DNA from: Candidatus Omnitrophota bacterium
GTDB taxonomy: Bacteria; Omnitrophota; Gorgyraeia; VGKH01; JBHPFN01
Direction of reading: 5' to 3'
NCBI GenBank assembly: GCA_042571725.1
Contig: JBHPFN010000004.1
Location: forward strand, 507 to 64,506
Length of the DNA stretch: 64,000 bases
In this document: positions 57,147 to 64,000 of the stretch, piece after piece
Position numbering within the stretch: position 1 is the first letter of the stretch
Layout: each line of letters begins with the position of its first letter
The notes under the pieces: model-generated
Database searches by the model: none
Told to the model about the DNA's origin: nothing
The model's input: only the letters and a program-made list of their open reading frames with translations
Program-made: the position numbers and the translations under genes

Positions 57147-58136
57147 ATGAAGAGAATATTGCGCTTAGCGATTTTTGTTCTCATAGCATTTCTTATGGTA
57201 CGGGCAACGACAATCGGTTGGCGTTTTTGGAGTAAACAGATGAGATCTGCGGTAATAGAAGATACTACGTTAGCTCAAACATTAAAGGAGCATGTGAGAG
57301 TGCTTTCTCATGAAATAGGGGACCGAAGCGTTTTTTCTTACGAAGCACTACAGCAGGCTGAAGGATACATTGTCAATCAGCTTACTTCCTTTGGCTACAA
57401 CGTGGAATTCCAACCGTATTCTGTTTACGGAAAGAACGTGCGCAATATCATCGTGACCAAAGAGGGAATAGAAAAACCAGAAGAGATAGTTGTTGTCGGA
57501 GCCCATTACGATACCTGTGGTAATCCCGGAGCTGATGATAACGCAAGTGCCATTGCCGGCCTTTTAGAGCTTGCGCGGTCGGCCCTCGATGCAGAGAATA
57601 AGCGAACATTACAATTCATTGCCTTTGTGAATGAAGAGCCCCCGTTTTTTATGACCGACGATATGGGATCTCGGGTGTACACAAAAAAGGCCAAAGAGCA
57701 AGGTAAGGATATAAAGGCTGCTCTTATTTTGGAGATGATCGGATACTATAATGATGCTTCGTTTTCTCAACGCTACCCTCCGTTATTTGGCTTTTTTTAT
57801 CCAAATAAGGCAAATTTTATTTGTGTGGTGGGAGATTTCAATTCGCGTTGGTTGGCAAAAGATATCGTTTCACGCTTTAAGCGTATCTCAGCCTTTCCCA
57901 TCGAGTCAATAGTGACGTTTCGCGCAGTTCCTGGCGTTGAGTTTTCTGATCACTGGTCGTTTTGGCAAGAGGGATATCCGGCAGTGATGATTACCGATAC
58001 TGCATTTTATCGGTATCCGCACTATCATAGCCCTTTAGATACGTATGAAAAATTAGATTACGACAGTATGGCTGAAGTGGTTACGGGCCTGCAGTCCACA
58101 GTGGTTACATTAGCAAATAAACAGTTGTATAATTGA
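57147..58136 (+). CDS. M28-family aminopeptidase (membrane-anchored)
   Basis: VVGAHYDT, GADDNASAIAGLLELAR and NEEPPF motifs. Confidence 0.75.
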   Translation: MKRILRLAIFVLIAFLMVRATTIGWRFWSKQMRSAVIEDTTLAQTLKEHVRVLSHEIGDRSVFSYEALQQAEGYIVNQLTSFGYNVEFQPYSVYGKNVRNIIVTKEGIEKPEEIVVVGAHYDTCGNPGADDNASAIAGLLELARSALDAENKRTLQFIAFVNEEPPFFMTDDMGSRVYTKKAKEQGKDIKAALILEMIGYYNDASFSQRYPPLFGFFYPNKANFICVVGDFNSRWLAKDIVSRFKRISAFPIESIVTFRAVPGVEFSDHWSFWQEGYPAVMITDTAFYRYPHYHSPLDTYEKLDYDSMAEVVTGLQSTVVTLANKQLYN

Positions 58137-58144
58137 GAGGAGGT

Positions 58145-58417
58145 ATGTTTATGTTGGTGTATGCTCAAGTAGCGTTGCAGCTTCTTCAGTCAACGGCATT
58201 GTTCTTAGGTGTGAGCTTTTTTGTATTGTTTGCAGTAAGTAAAGTAGAAACGAAAGGCTTAAAGGTGTTTGGCACCGTTATTGCCGTGATGATTTGGATT
58301 CTTACTGCTTCACTGGTAGGATTCGGGATATACGCATCTGTAAAAAATGCCCAAGCTATGAAAAACTTAGAGAGTCAACAACAACTTGAAATGCCGGCTT
58401 TTCCAGAAGCACAGTAA
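58145..58417 (+). CDS. Small membrane protein, unknown function
   Basis: Three hydrophobic helices. GAGAGGAGG RBS before ATG 58145 (the track's TTG 58133 overlaps the RBS). Confidence 0.45.
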   Translation: MFMLVYAQVALQLLQSTALFLGVSFFVLFAVSKVETKGLKVFGTVIAVMIWILTASLVGFGIYASVKNAQAMKNLESQQQLEMPAFPEAQ

Positions 58418-58488
58418 TAGAGAGCGGTTTTAAAAGATATAAAAAAGGATACAAGGTAATAACAATTATCTTGTATCCTTTTTCTTTT

Positions 58489-59220
58489 TTATTTAGCTAA
58501 TTCTTCGTCGATAATTTTTTTAAAGGTTGAAAACGAACGTGCTCCTGAAATAAACCTACCGTTAACAAAAAAGGCGGGGGTGCCACCGACGCCAAATTTT
58601 CTGCCTTCTTTCATATCGTTGCTTACCTCTGCTTTTATTTCTTCGTCATTTAAGCATGCGTTAAAACTAGCAGTATCTAAGCCAATTTCTTGGGCAGTTG
58701 CCTTGAGCGACTCATCTGTTAAAGAATCAGCCGTGTTTAGCTTATCAAACATCTCCCAATATTTATCCTGTTCTCCCGCACATTCGGCTGCAACGGCTAC
58801 GGCTGCAGAACCTAAGGGGAAATCGCGATAGGTGAATTTTACCTTTCCTGTATCGATGTATTCTTTCTGAAGTTGAGGGAAGGTCGAGTTGTAGAACCGT
58901 TTAGAGTAAGGACATTTAAAATCACTGAATTCCACTAGTAAAACCTTTGCATTAGGATCTCCTTTTATCGCATTGCCAGCAGCGGTGACACCCTTTACAG
59001 TCTTTTCACCCGCTTTCGGCGGAACCATCCCTCTGGTTCTTTCCTGCATGGCCTTTGACCGCTCAAGTAGCGCAGCAGTTCGCGCATCCATGGTTTGAAT
59101 TTCTTTCTCTTCGATAGTTTTACTTATAGCTTTGGCACCAAAAATGAAGCTTGTTCCGATAATAACACCTGTAAGAATAATACACAGACACACCCACAAT
59201 GTACTTGCTCCTTTTTTCAT
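58489..59220 (-). CDS. DsbA-family thioredoxin-fold protein with a CPYS (monothiol) active site
   Basis: FSDFKCPYSKRF, with the motif encoded by 58903-58914 on the - strand. N-terminal membrane anchor. DsbA-like helical insert. Confidence 0.7.
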   Translation of the reverse strand: MKKGASTLWVCLCIILTGVIIGTSFIFGAKAISKTIEEKEIQTMDARTAALLERSKAMQERTRGMVPPKAGEKTVKGVTAAGNAIKGDPNAKVLLVEFSDFKCPYSKRFYNSTFPQLQKEYIDTGKVKFTYRDFPLGSAAVAVAAECAGEQDKYWEMFDKLNTADSLTDESLKATAQEIGLDTASFNACLNDEEIKAEVSNDMKEGRKFGVGGTPAFFVNGRFISGARSFSTFKKIIDEELAK

Positions 59221-59392
59221 TATGCCTCCTTTATTTTTTTATACTTCTATTATTTGCACCTATTGTAACACTAATTGTTATTTCTCACAAGCGCAATTCT
59301 TATAAAGCGATTAACGTTTTTTGGTCTTGTAAAAAAGTTAAATTCGAGTTAATATAATCGGAGAATCTAATGTTGCAAGAAGGAGAATCGCA

Positions 59393-60190
59393 ATGAAAAA
59401 GTATAAATTGTTGCCATATATTATTGTGGTATGTTTAATCGGCTGCGCAACGGTTCCAGTAACAGGGAGAAAACAGCTTTCTTTAGTATCGTCTTCTCAA
59501 CTGTTTGCTTTAAGTAGCGATAGCTATAGACAGTTAATCAGTAAAGCAAAGCTTTCCACGGATACTGAGAATACGCAGATGCTTCAGGAAGTAGGAAAGC
59601 GCATCGCCGTTGCAGCCGAAGAATTCATGCGAGAAAATAATATGGCTCAAGAGATACAAAGCTATCGATGGGAATTTAATCTTATCGAAGACGAAAAAGC
59701 AGTCAATGCATTTGCAATGCCGGGCGGGAAGGTTGCAGTCTATACAGGAATCCTTCCAGTTACCAAAGATGCAGACGGTCTTGCGACAGTGGTAGGACAC
59801 GAGATCGCTCATGTTATGGCAAATCACGGGGGAGAGAGGATGAGCCAGCTGTTGCTGGTAAACTTAGGTGGTATTGCCTTGGCAACGGCAGTAAGGCAGA
59901 AACCAAATGAAACTCAACAGTATGTAATGATCGCCTACGGATTAGGTGCAAACGTCGGGGTACTCTTACCGTATAGCCGTACCCATGAGTCAGAGTCGGA
60001 TCGCATTGGCCTTATTCTGATGGCCAGAGCCGGCTATGATCCTAGGAAAGCAATTGGATTCTGGGAGAGGATGAATGCGCAAAAAAAACTCAGGCCTCCT
60101 GAATTTTTATCCACGCACCCCGCGCCTGCTCGGCGGATCGATGATATCCGCAAGACCATTCCTGAGGCAATGGGGTATTACAAAAATTAA
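59393..60190 (+). CDS. M48-family zinc metalloprotease lipoprotein
   Basis: Lipobox LIGC. HEIAHV (HExxH). Downstream ESESDRIG. Confidence 0.8.
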   Translation: MKKYKLLPYIIVVCLIGCATVPVTGRKQLSLVSSSQLFALSSDSYRQLISKAKLSTDTENTQMLQEVGKRIAVAAEEFMRENNMAQEIQSYRWEFNLIEDEKAVNAFAMPGGKVAVYTGILPVTKDADGLATVVGHEIAHVMANHGGERMSQLLLVNLGGIALATAVRQKPNETQQYVMIAYGLGANVGVLLPYSRTHESESDRIGLILMARAGYDPRKAIGFWERMNAQKKLRPPEFLSTHPAPARRIDDIRKTIPEAMGYYKN

Positions 60191-60199
60191 ACGGTGAAT

Positions 60200-61120
60200 A
60201 TGAAGAGAAAAATAATTATACTCCTGCTTTTTATAGCGCTCTGTAGCGTATCAGGCATCCTTTTGCGCAATTCCTATGTGCACTTTCAACGGATGCGCGT
60301 CGAACGTTTACGACTTCAAAGGCGCAAGGCTGACTGGCAATTGTTGCAAGATGCCTTAGAGGATGAATTTTCTTATTATAGAGTTGAGCCATTACTGATT
60401 GTCGAAGATTTAAATACCGGATGGCAGTTTTCTCACAATAAAGATACTGCGGTGCCGTCGGCGAGCCTGGTAAAGGTGCCTATCATGGTGTGTTGTTTTG
60501 ATCAGGCAGCACGGGGTAAAATCAACTTGGATGATATCATTGCCCTTCGTGCCAAGCATAAGGTAGGCGGCTCGGGAAAGCTGCGCTATGCACCAAATGG
60601 AACCAAGACTTCAGTAGGAAAGCTTATTGAGCTTATGATTGCCCAGAGCGACAATACCGCAACGAATGTGCTTATTGATATGCTTGGCTTTGAGCAGCTC
60701 AATGCCTACTTTAAAGAAATTGGTTTGAAAAATACTAATATTTCTCGGATGATGATGGATTTTAAGAGCCGCGCGAAAGGAATTGAGAATTACACCACTG
60801 TTGAAGATATGGCATTTCTTTTTAAGAAGATGTATGAGGGAAGATTAATCAGCAAAGGCGTCTCATCTAAGTGTATTGAGATATTAAAGAAGCAGAAGTC
60901 ACGAGATAGAATTCCTGCCAGGCTTCCGAAAGAAGCAGTCGTTGCTCATAAAACAGGCTTAGAGAAAACAGTCTGCCATGATATCGGAATAGTGTATACA
61001 GAGAAGGGAAATGTGCTTATCTGTGCGCTCACAAAGCATAAGAATAAAAACTCCTGGCCTTCAAAAAAGTTTATTTCCAATGTTTCATTCTTAGCGTACA
61101 ATTATCTACAGGGAGGATAG
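60200..61120 (+). CDS. Class A beta-lactamase-like serine hydrolase
   Basis: SLVK (SxxK), SDN (QSDNTATN), HKTG (KTG). N-terminal anchor. Confidence 0.6.
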   Translation: MKRKIIILLLFIALCSVSGILLRNSYVHFQRMRVERLRLQRRKADWQLLQDALEDEFSYYRVEPLLIVEDLNTGWQFSHNKDTAVPSASLVKVPIMVCCFDQAARGKINLDDIIALRAKHKVGGSGKLRYAPNGTKTSVGKLIELMIAQSDNTATNVLIDMLGFEQLNAYFKEIGLKNTNISRMMMDFKSRAKGIENYTTVEDMAFLFKKMYEGRLISKGVSSKCIEILKKQKSRDRIPARLPKEAVVAHKTGLEKTVCHDIGIVYTEKGNVLICALTKHKNKNSWPSKKFISNVSFLAYNYLQGG

Positions 61121-61124
61121 TGCT

Positions 61125-61391
61125 ATGCCAGAAAACTATCATAAAGCAAAAGAAGGATTCATGAGCATGATTGGGCTTTTGTTTGCAGTTGCAATCATAG
61201 CAGTACTGTGCTATTTTGTAGTGACTACCTATGTTAAGCCGCCGGTAGCTGATACGTCAGTTCAGGAGGCTGCTTCGCAAGCAGGCATAGATACCTCGAA
61301 TTACAAGTCGGTACTTGAGACTACTAAAACGACGGTAAAGGATATTGAAAAACAACAAATGGATCGTCAGAAGCAATTAGGCGATTGGTAA
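61125..61391 (+). CDS. Small single-TM protein, unknown function
   Basis: One hydrophobic helix (MIGLLFAVAIIAVLCYFVV). Tightly packed in the operon. Confidence 0.4.
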   Translation: MPENYHKAKEGFMSMIGLLFAVAIIAVLCYFVVTTYVKPPVADTSVQEAASQAGIDTSNYKSVLETTKTTVKDIEKQQMDRQKQLGDW

Positions 61392-61401
61392 GGGGTGCAT
61401 A

Positions 61402-62127
61402 ATGATGCGTTCAGGTAATCCGGCGCTACGAGCAAATACATTTACTCAAGCGCGCTCCTATGACTCAACCGAAGTAATGAGCATACAGGGCACGGTCAAT
61501 AAAACCTTGCTTTTATTGTTTGCCACCGTTCTTACTGCATCGTGGGCATGGGGTAATCCTGTGAGAATACTACCGTTTCTGATGCCCGCGGCGATCGGAG
61601 GTTTTGTTATTGCTCTGGTGACCGTTTTTAAGAAGGAATGGGCAGGTATTACCGCACCTCTCTATGCCCTGGTGGAAGGAGTGTTTTTAGGTGGTATTTC
61701 ACTGGTGTTTGAAAAGTCATATCCCGGCATAGTGATTCAGGCAGTTGGATTGACCTTTGGAGTGCTCTTTTGCCTTTTGATGGCATATAAATCACGCATG
61801 ATTAAAGTCACTGATAACTTTAGGTTGGGAGTGGTAGCTGCAACAGGCGGTATTGCATTGTTCTATTTTGCGAGTATCATCTTGGGATTTTTTGGCATTC
61901 GCATACCGTTGATTCATGAGAGCGGGCCTATCGGAATCGGGTTTAGCTTATTCGTTGTGGTGATTGCATCGCTTAATCTCGTGCTTGATTTTGATTTTAT
62001 TGAGAAAGGTTCTGAAGCGAGAGCTCCTAAGTATATGGAATGGTACGCTGCCTTTGGCTTAATGGTAACGCTCATCTGGTTATATCTAGAGATGCTGAGA
62101 CTCCTATCAAAGATACGGAATAGATAA
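61402..62127 (+). CDS. Bax inhibitor-1/YccA family membrane protein
   Basis: About 7 TM, 241 aa, N-terminal MRSGNPAL and the overall BI-1 pattern. Confidence 0.7.
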   Translation: MMRSGNPALRANTFTQARSYDSTEVMSIQGTVNKTLLLLFATVLTASWAWGNPVRILPFLMPAAIGGFVIALVTVFKKEWAGITAPLYALVEGVFLGGISLVFEKSYPGIVIQAVGLTFGVLFCLLMAYKSRMIKVTDNFRLGVVAATGGIALFYFASIILGFFGIRIPLIHESGPIGIGFSLFVVVIASLNLVLDFDFIEKGSEARAPKYMEWYAAFGLMVTLIWLYLEMLRLLSKIRNR

Positions 62128-62141
62128 TTGGGGAGGGTAAA

Positions 62142-62321
62142 ATGAAATTTGTATGTCCTACGTGCCAAGAACAGATGGATCAAGACTTACTTATTGTTGT
62201 GCCGCACACCGAGCAGCACATTGTCGATGAGATCAAAAAGAAACATCCTGAATGGCAGGGAAAAGATGGGGTTTGTAAAAAATGTTATGTGTACTTTAAG
62301 AAACAACTCCATCCAGGTTAA
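62142..62321 (+). CDS. Small zinc-ribbon-like protein (59 aa; not in the ORF track)
   Basis: GGGGAGGG RBS before ATG 62142. CPTC...CKKC cysteine pairs. Stop TAA at 62319-21. Confidence 0.5.
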   Translation: MKFVCPTCQEQMDQDLLIVVPHTEQHIVDEIKKKHPEWQGKDGVCKKCYVYFKKQLHPG

Positions 62322-62333
62322 AAAATAAATTAG

Positions 62334-62600
62334 ATGGGAGGAATGATGAAAAAAACTATTTGCCTTCTGCTCCTGGCAGCATTTCTCGTTGGGTGCGCCT
62401 ATGGAAAAGATAAGATGGAAACACTTTTTATCGACCAGGATTACATCAAGTACAAACAGCTCGAAGATGAGCTTGAAAAAGACTATTTAAACGGCTATAT
62501 AAGTTACCACGAGTACGTCACCAGGAAAGACGAGCTTAATCAAGAGCGTCTTAAATCAGAACAGACCCGTCAAGATATCATTACAGGTCAAGAACAATAG
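62334..62600 (+). CDS. Small lipoprotein, unknown function
   Basis: LLLAAFLVGC lipobox. Confidence 0.5.
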   Translation: MGGMMKKTICLLLLAAFLVGCAYGKDKMETLFIDQDYIKYKQLEDELEKDYLNGYISYHEYVTRKDELNQERLKSEQTRQDIITGQEQ

Positions 62601-62606
62601 AATACA

Positions 62607-64000
62607 ATGGTACACTATGACTGCATAGTTGTCGGCGCAGGTCACGCCGGCATTGAGGCGTCTTTGTCCGCAGCGCGATTGGGTTGTAAGACGTTGTTGG
62701 TTACCATGGATCTGGATAAGATTGGCCAGATGAGCTGTAATCCTGCGATCGGCGGCGTCGGTAAGGGGCAGCTGGTAAAAGAGGTCGGCGCATTAGGTGG
62801 TCAGATGGCAGAGAGTGCTGATAGGACGGCGATTCAATTCCGCCAGCTCAACGCTTCAAAAGGCCCTGCAGTTCGCTCCTCGCGTTGCCAATCAGATATG
62901 GAAAAGTATCGTCTGCTTGCCAAACATATCCTGGAGGCGCAAGACAATCTTTTCTTGAAACAGGCTGAAGTTGTAAAGATTATTGCGAAATCAGCTGCTG
63001 CAGAAGGTGTTGTTACTGCCATCGGCGAGAAGTTTTTTGCCGCAACAATTATTCTTTGCCCCGGGACATTCTTAAACGGCCTTTTGCACTTTGGCCTGAC
63101 GCATTTTTCCGGCGGTAGAATCACAGAGCCAGCCAGTATATCCTTATCCAAAGATTTAGCTGAATTAGGATTTACCATGCAGCGATTTAAGACCGGCACC
63201 TGTCCTCGACTTGATGCGCGCACGATTAATTTTAAAAAGCTAGAGAAGCAACCGCCGGATAAACAGCCGTCATTCTTCTCTTTTGATACCACCAAAACGT
63301 ACTTAGCGCAGGTTCCTTGTTATATTACCTATACCAATCCTAAGACACATAAAATAATCCGCTCAGGTTTGGACCGCTCGCCGCTCTATACAGGGATTAT
63401 CCAATCAACGGGTGTGCGTTATTGCCCCTCGATTGAAGATAAGATAGTAAGGTTTTCCGATAGGGATAGGCATCAGGTGTTCTTAGAGCCGCAGGGGTTA
63501 GACACGTATGAATATTATCCCAATGGATTAGCCAGTTCGCTTCCTATCGATGTGCAATTAAAAATGCTGCATTCAATCCCTGGTCTTGAAAAAACAGAGT
63601 GTACCCGACCCGGATACGGGATTGAACACGATTTAGTTGATCCCAGAGAATTGTATCCGACGCTGGAGACAAAGAAGATCGAGAATCTTTTTCTTGCCGG
63701 ACAGATAAACGGCACTACCGGTTACGAGGAGGCAGCAGCGCAAGGTTTGATGGCCGGCATTAATGCAGCAGGAAAGGTGAAAAGAAAAGAACCTGTTGTG
63801 CTCGATAGGTCAGAAGCGTATATCGGGGTACTTATTGATGATTTAACTACCAAGGGGACAAATGAGCCGTATCGGATGTTTACCTCGCGCGTTGAATATC
63901 GACTTCTGGTGCGTGAAGACAATGCTGATATACGACTCAAAGGAATTGGTTATAACATCGGCCTCATTGAAAAAAAGCAATGGGCTAGAACTAAGAATAA
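62607..64000 (+). CDS. mnmG: tRNA uridine-5-carboxymethylaminomethyl modification enzyme MnmG (GidA), 3' end off-window
   Basis: Manual translation gives [26 protein letters not shown]...[18 protein letters not shown]. The frame stays open to nt 64000. Absent from the ORF track because there is no stop in the window. Confidence 0.9.
   Translation, partial: MVHYDCIVVGAGHAGIEASLSAARLGCKTLLVTMDLDKIGQMSCNPAIGGVGKGQLVKEVGALGGQMAESADRTAIQFRQLNASKGPAVRSSRCQSDMEKYRLLAKHILEAQDNLFLKQAEVVKIIAKSAAAEGVVTAIGEKFFAATIILCPGTFLNGLLHFGLTHFSGGRITEPASISLSKDLAELGFTMQRFKTGTCPRLDARTINFKKLEKQPPDKQPSFFSFDTTKTYLAQVPCYITYTNPKTHKIIRSGLDRSPLYTGIIQSTGVRYCPSIEDKIVRFSDRDRHQVFLEPQGLDTYEYYPNGLASSLPIDVQLKMLHSIPGLEKTECTRPGYGIEHDLVDPRELYPTLETKKIENLFLAGQINGTTGYEEAAAQGLMAGINAAGKVKRKEPVVLDRSEAYIGVLIDDLTTKGTNEPYRMFTSRVEYRLLVREDNADIRLKGIGYNIGLIEKKQWARTKN

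Noticed and set aside
61125-61391. Type IV pilin-like N-terminus (KEGFMSMIGLLFAVAIIAVL)
   Set aside because: It lacks the Glu at position +5, and the G|F context is not embedded in a proper prepilin leader. It is treated as a generic single-TM protein.
62834-63940. - strand ORFs 62834-63295, 63515-63715 and 63722-63940
   Set aside because: They are antisense shadows of the clearly recognisable mnmG reading frame.

Overview
The window has two very different parts. (A) nt 2-27502 is one uninterrupted + strand ORF of 9,166 sense codons. It is open at the left window edge, so the gene is longer than shown. It is not a repeat-domain adhesin and not an NRPS/PKS. It reads as a string of at least 18 mutually unrelated modules: SAM methyltransferases, tandem PHP phosphoesterases on a polytopic membrane domain, a B12-binding-type radical SAM, a P-loop kinase, a PLP fold-type-II domain, ParB-like, nucleotidyltransferase, Mpv17/PMP22-like membrane domain, HD, HAD, guanidino-modifying (amidinotransferase/deiminase-type), GNAT, transglutaminase-like, plus several blocks I cannot assign. 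Each module is separated from the next by a recurring 30-60 aa glycine-rich hydrophobic junction (prototype GGGA-MMSMWGLFTTLAGLFSGGMVLGVA-ADAD). The junction comes in three subtypes plus truncated scars, and it is conserved at the nucleotide level: the 20-mer gggatggtgttgggtgtggc occurs 8 times exactly and 5 more times with 1-2 mismatches. I do not recognise this architecture as a described system, and it is the main finding. Competing readings are a processed polyprotein with repeated signal-anchor or GlyGly-CTERM-like sorting signals, nested internal translation starts, or recombination-driven in-frame cassette shuffling. (B) nt 27.7-64 kb is an ordinary, almost entirely + strand bacterial region. 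It holds two PilZ proteins and a glycan-utilisation cluster (GH94-like phosphorylase, ABC sugar importer without ATPase, GPH symporter, clan GH-A hydrolase, secreted TPR-like and CBM-like proteins, ROK and LacI regulators). It also holds a cobalamin-scavenging locus (two cobalamin riboswitches, btuF/C/D-like genes, a TonB-dependent receptor) and class II (B12-dependent) ribonucleotide reductase with candidate NrdR boxes. The remainder is archaeal-type phosphoglycerate mutase, TrpB2, M28 and M48 peptidases, a CPYS DsbA-like protein (the only - strand gene), a class A beta-lactamase-like hydrolase, a BI-1/YccA protein and the 5' part of mnmG. The standard code fits all genes. The combination of a giant ORF with apgM, trpB2 and nrdJ suggests an uncultivated lineage (for example Omnitrophota-like), but that is inference only. 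All domain calls are from motif recognition by eye, not from database searches.
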